Shown here: in pieces, positions 8,465 to 16,619 of the stretch | Position numbering within the stretch: the stretch's first letter is position 1 | Layout: the number at the start of each line of letters is the position of its first letter | NCBI GenBank assembly: GCA_902788705.1 | Contig: CADALE010000009.1 | Span: 1,428 to 65,427 of the forward strand | Length of the DNA stretch: 64,000 nucleotides | Source of the DNA: an uncultured Coriobacteriaceae bacterium | Lineage (GTDB): Bacteria > Actinomycetota > Coriobacteriia > Coriobacteriales > Atopobiaceae | Direction: 5' to 3' | Made by a program: the position numbers and the translations under genes | Notes under the pieces: generated by a model | What the model was told of the DNA's origin: nothing | Database searches by the model: none | Seen by the model: the letters and a program-made list of their open reading frames with translations, nothing else

Positions 8465-10489
8465 CTAATGCTGCTTGGGCTCGGCAGCCTCGTTCTGCAC
8501 GGGGATGGGTGCCGGCTGGGCAGGCTCGTGGCTGAGCGCGATGTCCTCGCGCAGCATCTCAACCTCCTTGCTCAGCATGCCGATGCCCATCGTAAGGGAG
8601 TGCAGCTCATCGGCAAAGTGGTAGGCCGCCTCGAGCGGGATGGTGATGTTCACCACCGCCTGCGAGCCCTCGGCCGGCAGGTTCTGCAGGGCGATCGAGA
8701 GTGCCTTCGTGAGGTCGTCAGGCGCGTCGTCAGATGCGGCTTGGTCGTCTCCCTCAGACTCGTCACCTGCGGATTCGTCCTCATGGGACTCATCCTCCTG
8801 GGACTCGTCTTCCTTAGGTTCGTCGTCGCCGTCGCCTGCCGATTCGTCTCCGTCGTCCTCGGGCTGCTCCTCGCCACCCTCGGTCTGCTCATCACCCTCG
8901 GTCTGCTCATCGCCCGCAGCATCAGCGGAATCACCGTTTTCGCCCTGCGCGCCATCTTCGGCGTCAGACGAATCTCCGTCCTCGGGCTGCTCGTCGCCAC
9001 CCACAGGGGTATCCTCGCCCTCTTCGGCGTCCGCCTCCGATGCAGGGGGCACCTCCGCTGGCTCAACCTCATCGGCCGCCGCCTCCTGCGGCGTCTCCTC
9101 GACCTCGGGGATATGCAGGTTCATCGTGGAGCCTGCCTGCGACTCTGCGGCCTCCGACTCCTCGTCATCCTCGGGCACCCATGCGATATGGCGTGGCGCG
9201 ACCTCGCCATCCTCCCCATGAGCCGGAGGTGGCGTGACCGGCGAGGGCTGGCCTGTCAGCTGGGCATGCTTGGCCACCAGATAGTCAACCGTAAGCTTGG
9301 CGGCGCGGCCCGGGCATGCCCAAGCCTCCTCGCGCGCACGCGCACGACCGGCCGCAAGGCCCTCGTCGGCAATGACGGCCTCGATCACCTGGCGCATGCG
9401 CGGGAACTGGTCCTCGGACAGGGGCACGCCAAAGGTGGGGTAGGTCTCGAAGCGCCACTGCGGCTTGTCGTACCAAGCAGCGTCGTACAGCGAGCTGTCA
9501 TAGTTGGCAGGCGTGTAGATGACGGGACGGTCAAACACGAGCGCGTAGTCGAAGATGACGCCGGAGAAGTCGGTGATCATGACGTCTGCCTCGGCCAGGC
9601 ACTCGAAGTTGTCGTTGTCGAAGTTCCACGAGACACGCTGCCCGTCGGGGTACTTTTTCATGAGGCGCTCAAGCACCTCGGAATCGGAGGTGCGTGACTG
9701 CGGGTGCGGGCGAATCGTGAGGGCGAAGCCTGCATCAAGGATGGCATCAATCAGGCGCTCGCCATACACGGAGAGGATGGCATTGGGACCCCACGAGGGG
9801 GCAAGCAACACCGAGATGCCGCTGTGATAGCGCCGGTCGCCTTCGCGCGCAAGGCGCGCGGACATGGCGTCGAGGTAGGTGGAGCCCACCGTGACCAGCT
9901 CCTTGTGCGGCAGGTTACGCACATCCTCGATGGTGCGAATCTCGTCCACCTGGTACTCGCCGGCCAGCAGCACCGAGTCGTAGTAGTCCATGCCAAACAT
10001 GCGATAGCCCAGCGCCGTGCCCACCGTGTGGAAGGTATGCACGTACCAGTCCACGTCCTTGGAGCGCTTCCACTGGTACACGTCGAGGCCGGGCGTCGTG
10101 GCCAGGCACACCGTGGCGCTCATCAGGTTAAGCCGCGCGAAGGCCTTGTTCTCCTCGCCGATGAACTCGGCCTTGACGTGGCGGTACGGCTCGTTGAGCG
10201 CCGGGTCATCGGGCGAGGCCGTCCAGTAGGCCACGTCGATGCCACGGCTCTCGAACTCGTCGCAGATGGGCTTGAACACGTTCCAGTACTGCTTGCCGTC
10301 GGTGAAGATGACATAGGGCAGCTTGTTGGTGGGCACCGACCCCTTGGCCGTGCCGCCACTCGCGGCAAACTTCATCTTGATGGCCAGCTGCCTCAGCGAG
10401 AAGTAGGCCGTGGACACCACGCCGATGAACAGCGTGAACAGCATGCTGCCCGTACCGGGGTCGATATAGCGAGAGAGCTGCGTGAACAT
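8465..10489 (-). CDS. CDP-glycerol glycerophosphotransferase family (TagB/TagF-like) with an N-terminal TM helix and a ~180-aa polyacidic C-terminal extension plus a terminal helical module
   Basis: Core resembles TagF: LLAPSWGPN, IRPHPQS, VMITDFSGVIFDYALVFDRPVIY. The tail runs ...EDDEESEAAES...GDEQTEGDEQTEGGEEQPEDDGDESAGDGDDEPKEDESQEDESHEDESAGDESEGDD. GGAGG RBS before the ATG at 10489. Confidence 0.85.
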   Translation of the reverse strand: MFTQLSRYIDPGTGSMLFTLFIGVVSTAYFSLRQLAIKMKFAASGGTAKGSVPTNKLPYVIFTDGKQYWNVFKPICDEFESRGIDVAYWTASPDDPALNEPYRHVKAEFIGEENKAFARLNLMSATVCLATTPGLDVYQWKRSKDVDWYVHTFHTVGTALGYRMFGMDYYDSVLLAGEYQVDEIRTIEDVRNLPHKELVTVGSTYLDAMSARLAREGDRRYHSGISVLLAPSWGPNAILSVYGERLIDAILDAGFALTIRPHPQSRTSDSEVLERLMKKYPDGQRVSWNFDNDNFECLAEADVMITDFSGVIFDYALVFDRPVIYTPANYDSSLYDAAWYDKPQWRFETYPTFGVPLSEDQFPRMRQVIEAVIADEGLAAGRARAREEAWACPGRAAKLTVDYLVAKHAQLTGQPSPVTPPPAHGEDGEVAPRHIAWVPEDDEESEAAESQAGSTMNLHIPEVEETPQEAAADEVEPAEVPPASEADAEEGEDTPVGGDEQPEDGDSSDAEDGAQGENGDSADAAGDEQTEGDEQTEGGEEQPEDDGDESAGDGDDEPKEDESQEDESHEDESAGDESEGDDQAASDDAPDDLTKALSIALQNLPAEGSQAVVNITIPLEAAYHFADELHSLTMGIGMLSKEVEMLREDIALSHEPAQPAPIPVQNEAAEPKQH

Positions 10490-10504
10490 GGGGTGCCTCC
10501 GTGC

Positions 10505-13500
10505 CTAGTCCAGCAAGGTCCAGCAGTTGGGGTCAAAGATGTTGTCGTGCACGCTGTACCAGTGACCGCCCTCGTAGTTGAAGGTGGTGCCCGTCTGCTC
10601 GGCGGTGCGCCACTGCTCCGAGGAGTTGACCAGCACGTCTCCGTCATACTTGACCTGGTTGTTTATGGGCTGACCCGTAAACGGGTTGATGGGGTCGTAC
10701 ACGATGTCGCGCAGCGCCAAGGTGGGCGTGTCGGCATTGGTCATGAACTCGTACGAGGTCTCAAAGCCAGTCTGGCCAAAGTCCTTGACCATGAAGATGG
10801 GGTTGACGCTCTCGGCATTGAAGGAGTCGTCCACGCGCATCCAGGGGAACTGCCCCAGCGTATGGCCGTGGTCGGACACGATGATCACACGCGTGTTGTC
10901 CCAGCACCCCTGCTCTCGCAGGTAGTCGAACCACTCGCCCAGCCTCAGGATGGCCGCCATGTTGGACATGTAGTGCCGGTAGTGGAAGTCGTTGTTCATG
11001 TTGATGGTGCGCCCGTCAATCGTGAAGACGCTCGTGTCGAGGTACTGGGTGTTGTCGATGTAGAGCGACGGCACGTAGTCGGGCATCTGCAGCAGCTCGG
11101 GCGTATGTGTGGTCTGGTTGTCGATGAAGACGAAGTGGTCCTGCGCACCATCTTGCACCGACGTGATGGTGGGCATGGCCGCAAGTACGCTGTACCAGCT
11201 CAGGAACTCGTTGTTGATGGAACGGCGTCCCACGTATCCCGTGAGGAGCTGCTCCTGGAAGGCGGCATCGGCCTGGGCCTGCGCGGCCTCTGCGGCTGCA
11301 GCGGCCGCGGCAGCCTCCTCCTCGGTCATCTCCACAGGTACCTCGGGCTCGGCCTCAGGTGCCACGTATTCGGTCACGAAGAGGCTGGTCACGCTCACGC
11401 CCGCCATCCGCTGGGAAAGCAGCGTGATGCCTCGCGACTCTGCAGTGGCAACCGCAGTCGGCGCAATGACGGGCTGCTGGCGCTCCACCTCGATGGCGTC
11501 AGGGGCGGCGAGGTAGCTTCCGCCGTCGTAGATGGCCTGCTGGGCAAAGGTGGGCACCGTGCGGAAGATGGCGTACCAGCACAGGTTGCGCTTGAAGCGC
11601 TGGGCATTCTCGGCCAGTGCCTGGTCGAGGTCGAAGTCGGCGCCCTCGCCACTCTGCTTCGCGGCCAGCACGGTTGAGTACCAGCGCGTATAGGCTCCTG
11701 CGGTGTGGTAGACGCTCACGTTGGGAATGCCGTCAAAGAGCGAGTAGTCGTCCGTGTAGTAGTTGTAGCCCACAAGGGCCGGGTCGAACATGGTCACGTC
11801 AAAGCCTGCCTGCGAGAACAGCGTGGGCAGCACGCGCAGCGCCTCGCCCTGCTTGTCCACCAGATACTCCTCGAAGCGCTCGTCGGAGATGTACGGCACG
11901 TACTCGTAGCCGCCATACAGGCCCGGCGACCCAAACACCGTCTTCAGGCCGAACGACAGGGTGTTGGGATAGTAGGTGAAGCCATCGTACATCGAGGCTA
12001 TCTCGGGCTTCTCCTTCATGAGATAGGGCAGGTAGCCGCTGATGCCGCGGTCAAGGAAGACGATCACCACGTTGCGACCGTCGCGCGAGAGGTTGACGAT
12101 GGGCTGGGGGTTTCCCTCCTCGTCGAAGGGCACCTCCGTCGTTGCCTGATGCCAGAAACCGGCATCCTCCTGGGAGGTCTCCTCGGTGGGCTGCTCGTCA
12201 GATGCGTAGTCGCCTTCGCCCTCGAGCACCCAGTCAGGCGCACCCTCCTCCTGTGACGAGCCCCCGTCGAGTGTTGGCTCCACCACCACGGCAGGCTCAT
12301 CCTCGTTCTGGGCAGCCTGGTCCTGGGCCACGTCATCCTGCCCGGACGCGTCGGAGCCCTTCTGGGACCCAACCTGCACGGTTGAGGAGGCCGCATCCGT
12401 GAGCGTGACCACGGCACGCACGTTGGGCACCGCAAGGAACACGAGGCCCGCGCACATGATGGCCAGAAGCGGGTTCACCAGCTGCTGGCCACGCTTCCAC
12501 AGCACCGAGAACACGACGCACACGGCAGCAACCACGCCCAGGTTGAGCATGATGGAGGCAAGGTCGAAGACCGGACGGTACTCGTACACGAGGTCAGCGC
12601 CCAGGATGCCAAAGCCCTGGCCAAAGAAGAAGTAGCCCACCAGCGAGACCACGGCCAAAAGCGACAGGCCGAAGGAGATGGTGCGCCTGCCCGCCTCGTC
12701 GGACAGGTAGAGGTAGGTGCCCACCCACAGCACGAACAGGCCAAAGAACACGCAGCCCGTATGCAGCACGAACTGCAGCTGGTCGTCGTAGCCGTTGGCA
12801 CTCACGAACTCCTTGGGCGACGAGCCGATGAGCGCTGAGGGCACCAGCACGCCAAGCAGCACGAACAGCAGCAGCGCCGCCAGCAGGAACGTGACCACTG
12901 GGGTGGTGCCTCCGTCGGGATGCAGGCTGTGCCGAGGCTTCCATCCGAACAGCGACGCAAGGATGGGCCAGTCCACCAGCACGAAGCCAAGGGTGACCAG
13001 CAGGCCACCGCCAAAGGTGGTGATGGCGTCCGAGCCGATGAGGTAACCCCATGCCCACACCAGCGCCACCTGCACCAAGATGCCAAACACGAGCTGCGGC
13101 CGCTTGAGCACCTTGAGGAACAGGTTCTTGACCAGCGAGAACACCTGATTGCACGTCCAGTAGAACACGAGGCCCGAGGGGCTTTGGTACAGCAGCACCA
13201 AAAAGACCAGGGCCAGGCCATAGGCCTGCAGCTTGTCGCGCAGCGGCAGGTCGCGCGTGTACACAAAGGTGGACACGCAGTTGAACAGCGTCATCAGCAG
13301 CGGCATCAGGTTGAGCGTGAGGCCGCCGAGCTTGATGAGCTGGTCAGGGGCGCCAAGGTCGTTGAGGAACAGAAACGACGCGCCCTGAAGCGCCGTCGCG
13401 CTGGAGAGGTAGCTGTATGCCGCCATGAACACGGGAATCTGAAGCAGCAGCGATACCGACCCGTTGAGCGCATAGATGGGCTTGTAGCCCTGCTGACGGT

Positions 13501-13780
13501 AGTAGGTGGACAGCATCATGTACTGCTCGTCACCCTTGAACGACCGCTTGATCTGCGCCACGCGGTCGGCCATCTTGGCCTGGCGGGCACGCTCCTCGTC
13601 CTGCATGCGGTCAGCCATGCGATAGAGGGGCAGGCACAGGAAGTTGACCACCAGGCTCACGCCAACCAGGGCAAGACCGGGATCCTGCAGCAGGCGGCAG
13701 AAGAGGGAGAACGCGAGGTCCACGATGTAGACCAGCGGCATAACCACGATGTCGTAGAGCATTGAGAGCAGAGTGGCCAT
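10505..13780 (-). CDS. Fusion protein: YidC/Oxa1-like membrane domain + additional TM segments + acidic linker + extracytoplasmic alkaline-phosphatase-superfamily (LtaS/sulfatase-like) domain (paralog 1)
   Basis: N-terminal MATLLSMLYDIVVMPLVYIV...LPLYRMADRMQ...QYMMLSTYYRQQGYKPIYALNGSVSLLLQIPVFMAAY...SGLVFYWTCNQVFSL aligns by eye with the YidC core. The C-terminal part has VVIVFLDRGISGY and RVIIVSDHGHTLGQF (AP-superfamily metal-site motifs). I chose the ATG at 13780; the track ORF starts at 13861. Confidence 0.8.
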   Translation of the reverse strand: MATLLSMLYDIVVMPLVYIVDLAFSLFCRLLQDPGLALVGVSLVVNFLCLPLYRMADRMQDEERARQAKMADRVAQIKRSFKGDEQYMMLSTYYRQQGYKPIYALNGSVSLLLQIPVFMAAYSYLSSATALQGASFLFLNDLGAPDQLIKLGGLTLNLMPLLMTLFNCVSTFVYTRDLPLRDKLQAYGLALVFLVLLYQSPSGLVFYWTCNQVFSLVKNLFLKVLKRPQLVFGILVQVALVWAWGYLIGSDAITTFGGGLLVTLGFVLVDWPILASLFGWKPRHSLHPDGGTTPVVTFLLAALLLFVLLGVLVPSALIGSSPKEFVSANGYDDQLQFVLHTGCVFFGLFVLWVGTYLYLSDEAGRRTISFGLSLLAVVSLVGYFFFGQGFGILGADLVYEYRPVFDLASIMLNLGVVAAVCVVFSVLWKRGQQLVNPLLAIMCAGLVFLAVPNVRAVVTLTDAASSTVQVGSQKGSDASGQDDVAQDQAAQNEDEPAVVVEPTLDGGSSQEEGAPDWVLEGEGDYASDEQPTEETSQEDAGFWHQATTEVPFDEEGNPQPIVNLSRDGRNVVIVFLDRGISGYLPYLMKEKPEIASMYDGFTYYPNTLSFGLKTVFGSPGLYGGYEYVPYISDERFEEYLVDKQGEALRVLPTLFSQAGFDVTMFDPALVGYNYYTDDYSLFDGIPNVSVYHTAGAYTRWYSTVLAAKQSGEGADFDLDQALAENAQRFKRNLCWYAIFRTVPTFAQQAIYDGGSYLAAPDAIEVERQQPVIAPTAVATAESRGITLLSQRMAGVSVTSLFVTEYVAPEAEPEVPVEMTEEEAAAAAAAAEAAQAQADAAFQEQLLTGYVGRRSINNEFLSWYSVLAAMPTITSVQDGAQDHFVFIDNQTTHTPELLQMPDYVPSLYIDNTQYLDTSVFTIDGRTINMNNDFHYRHYMSNMAAILRLGEWFDYLREQGCWDNTRVIIVSDHGHTLGQFPWMRVDDSFNAESVNPIFMVKDFGQTGFETSYEFMTNADTPTLALRDIVYDPINPFTGQPINNQVKYDGDVLVNSSEQWRTAEQTGTTFNYEGGHWYSVHDNIFDPNCWTLLD

Positions 13781-13932
13781 GAAACCCCACCTACGCGACG
13801 GATATTGACACAAGCTAGCAGGATAGCAGGTACGTAAGCACCGCGCGGCACAGGTGGCCACATGTGAGGAAAAAAGACACGTTTTGCCACGTAGCGCTGG
13901 CCATTTGGGCCGATTCGGACGTACCGGCAGCC

Positions 13933-16611
13933 CTAGTCGAGGCGCTGCCAGTTGGACTCCTCGAAGATGTCATCGTGCACGGAGTAGACATGCGCGTCGT
14001 AGGTGTCGAAGGTGGTGCCCAGCTGGTAGGCGGAGGTATCCCAGAACAGCGACGTGTTGGTCTGCTGGGGGCGCGCCCACTTGGCATCGGAGGTCATCGC
14101 GTTTCCCGTGAAGGGGTTGACCGGGTTGTCCATGATGCCCGAAAGCGCCAGCAGCGGCGCGTCGGCGTTGGTCATGAACTCGCGCGAGGTGGAGAGCGCA
14201 CCCGTTGCGCCGAAGTCCTTCACCATGAGCAGCGCCGAGACACCCTCGACGTCCAGCTCGTCATCGTCAAATACGAGCTGGGGGAACTGCCCGAACTGGG
14301 CGCCATGGTCGGACACCACGATGATGCGCGTGTTGTCGTAGACGCCCTGCTCGCGCATCCAGTCGAACCACTCCCCCAGACGCAGCAGCGCAGCCATGTT
14401 GGTGTAGTAGTGCGTAGTGCCATCTGGCCCCAGGTTGATGGTGAGACCGTCCACCGTCATGCCGTCAACGCCCTCGAACGCCGAGTTGTCCACGTACAGG
14501 CTGGGCACACAGTCGGGCATCTGCACGTCGTCAGGGTTATGCGTGCAGAGGTTCTCCATGATAAGGAAGTTGTCGGAGGAGTCGTCGGACACCTGCGTGA
14601 GCGGGGTGAGGTTGGCGAGCACCGCGTAGTAGTCGATGAATCCCGAGCTCACCGAATGGTTGACGGCCGTGGAGAGGTAGGCACCGTCGTCGTAGAGGGC
14701 ACCGCGCAGCCCGGCAGGCATGCACTTGAAGAGGCTGTACAGGCACAGGTTGCGGGGAAACACCTGCTTGATGACCGTCTGATACTGCTCGGACACGAAC
14801 GCGTTGTACGCGCCAGCGGTGTGATAGACGTCAAGGTAGGGCGTGTCGTCAAAGATAGCGTAGCCCGCCTCGCCCCACTGGTAGTCGCATAGCGGCGGGT
14901 CGAAGAGCGTGGCGGTGAAACCAGCCTGGTAGAAGAGCGTGGGCAGCACCTTGAGCGCCTCGTTGTGCTTGTCCCTGAGCAGCATGTCGGAGCGCTCGTT
15001 CATCTCCTGGAACATGTACTCGTAGCCCCCGTAGATGGCAGGGGACCCAAACACGGTGAAGCGCCCGGAGGCAAGCGTGTTGGGATAGTAGGTAAACCCA
15101 TCGAAGGCGGCGGCCACATCGTGGCGCTGCTGCATGATGAAGGGCACGTACTCGCTGATGGCACGGTCAAGGAACAGCACCACCACGTTGCGCCCCTGGG
15201 TAGACAGGGTGACGAGCGGCACGATGGAGCCCTCGTCGTCCACCAGCTGATGAACGGTGCCGTAGGGCTGGGCCACGACGGCTGGCGCATCCTCAGCCAC
15301 CTGGGCCTCGGCCACCGCAGCGACATCGGGAAGCATGGAGGCCTTGACCTCCTCGGTGGCAGCGTAGATGCCGCGCACGTTAACCGTGCAGAGGCCCAAG
15401 ATGGCAATCAGCAGCACCGACAGCACGGGAGCGAGCAGCCGCGGCCGCAGTCGCCCCACGGCCAGGATGGCCGCGACCACGACGACGAGCGCCACGATGT
15501 TGGAGGCTACCTCCGATGCCTCGTACACGGGGGCTGTCTCAAAAGAGAGGCTGGAGGTGATGATGCCCAGGTCATGCCCGGGCAGGAAGAAGTCGCAGAG
15601 GAAGATGCCAAGCAGCACACAGAGCGCCAAGGCAAGCGCGCGGCGGCCATGTGCACCCGCAAGCGCGTAGTACACGCCCAGCCAGAGGACGAAGAGGCCG
15701 ACGAACACGCTGAGGGTGTGCACGAGGTGCCAGAGGGGGTTGACGAAGTCGTTTACGTTGATGAACTCGGTAGGTGCGCTCGCGATGAGCGCAGACGGAA
15801 TGAGCAGGCCCGTTACGAGGGCGATCGAGCAGGCGGCCAGGAGGAAGGCAGGACCGGGGATGGCCGGGGCCTCCTTGTCCGCAGCCGACGCATGGCGGAG
15901 CTCGACCGCGGCCGCCAAGGCGGGCGGCAGCGTGAGGCCCTCGCGCGGCACGAGGTTGCGTAGCAGCGAGAACACCTGGTTGCACGTCCAATACAGCACA
16001 AGCCCCGAGGGACTGCGATACAGCAGCACCAAGAACACGAGGGCCAGGCCATAGGGCTGCAGCTTCTCCTTGAGGCTCATGCCCCGCGTGTACACCGCGG
16101 TCGAGACCGCATTGAGGGCCGTCATGATCAGTGGCAGCACGTTGACGGTGGTGGTGCCCAGCGCAAGGAACGCGTCAGGCTCGCCCAGGTTGGGGATGCC
16201 CAGAAACGACGCGTGATGCAGCAGCTCCAGGTTGGAGAGGTAGGCATAGGCCGCCATGAAGAAGGGGATCTGCAGCAGCAGCGATACCGAGCTGCGCAGC
16301 GCATAGATCGGCCGGTACCCCTGCTGGCGGTAGTAGGTCGAGAGCATCATGTACTGCTCGTCGCCGCTGAAGCTGGACTTGATGTGGCTTACCCAGCGCG
16401 CAAGCGACGCCTGGCGCTCGCGCTCCTCGCGCTGCAGCCGGTCGGCCATGGCATAGAGCGGGGTGCTGAGCACGCTGACCACCAGGCTTACGCACACGAT
16501 GGCCAGACCGGGGTTTGCCACCAGGCGGTTTGCCAGCGAGAACGTGAGCTCGATAACATACACGAGGGGCGTGATCACGAGGTCATACGCAATGCCAGGC
16601 AACCGTCCCAT
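13933..16611 (-). CDS. Fusion protein: YidC/Oxa1-like domain + polytopic region + alkaline-phosphatase-superfamily domain (paralog 2)
   Basis: MGRLPGIAYDLVITPLVYVIE...TPLYAMADRLQ...QYMMLSTYYRQQGYRPIYALRSSVSLLLQIPFFMAAY...; C-terminal VVVLFLDRAISEY and RIIVVSDHGAQFGQF. The architecture is collinear with the neighbouring gene. The ATG at 16611 lies 8 nt after the upstream stop. The track N-terminal extension is R/P-rich and overlaps the upstream gene. Confidence 0.8.
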   Translation of the reverse strand: MGRLPGIAYDLVITPLVYVIELTFSLANRLVANPGLAIVCVSLVVSVLSTPLYAMADRLQREERERQASLARWVSHIKSSFSGDEQYMMLSTYYRQQGYRPIYALRSSVSLLLQIPFFMAAYAYLSNLELLHHASFLGIPNLGEPDAFLALGTTTVNVLPLIMTALNAVSTAVYTRGMSLKEKLQPYGLALVFLVLLYRSPSGLVLYWTCNQVFSLLRNLVPREGLTLPPALAAAVELRHASAADKEAPAIPGPAFLLAACSIALVTGLLIPSALIASAPTEFINVNDFVNPLWHLVHTLSVFVGLFVLWLGVYYALAGAHGRRALALALCVLLGIFLCDFFLPGHDLGIITSSLSFETAPVYEASEVASNIVALVVVVAAILAVGRLRPRLLAPVLSVLLIAILGLCTVNVRGIYAATEEVKASMLPDVAAVAEAQVAEDAPAVVAQPYGTVHQLVDDEGSIVPLVTLSTQGRNVVVLFLDRAISEYVPFIMQQRHDVAAAFDGFTYYPNTLASGRFTVFGSPAIYGGYEYMFQEMNERSDMLLRDKHNEALKVLPTLFYQAGFTATLFDPPLCDYQWGEAGYAIFDDTPYLDVYHTAGAYNAFVSEQYQTVIKQVFPRNLCLYSLFKCMPAGLRGALYDDGAYLSTAVNHSVSSGFIDYYAVLANLTPLTQVSDDSSDNFLIMENLCTHNPDDVQMPDCVPSLYVDNSAFEGVDGMTVDGLTINLGPDGTTHYYTNMAALLRLGEWFDWMREQGVYDNTRIIVVSDHGAQFGQFPQLVFDDDELDVEGVSALLMVKDFGATGALSTSREFMTNADAPLLALSGIMDNPVNPFTGNAMTSDAKWARPQQTNTSLFWDTSAYQLGTTFDTYDAHVYSVHDDIFEESNWQRLD

Positions 16612-16619
16612 GCACGAAC

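Noticed and set aside
8700-9100. Short periodic DNA repeats that could suggest a CRISPR or VNTR array.
   Set aside because: They are in-frame codon repeats encoding the D/E-rich tail of the TagF-like protein (GDEQTE, EDES). There is no repeat-spacer organisation, and no cas genes are in the window.
13849-13866. The near-palindrome CACAGGTGGCCACATGTG in the 150-nt gap between the two YidC-like fusion genes.
   Set aside because: It has one mismatch, is a single copy and has no supporting promoter elements that I could define. Evidence is too weak to call it an operator. It is noted only as a possible internal regulatory site.
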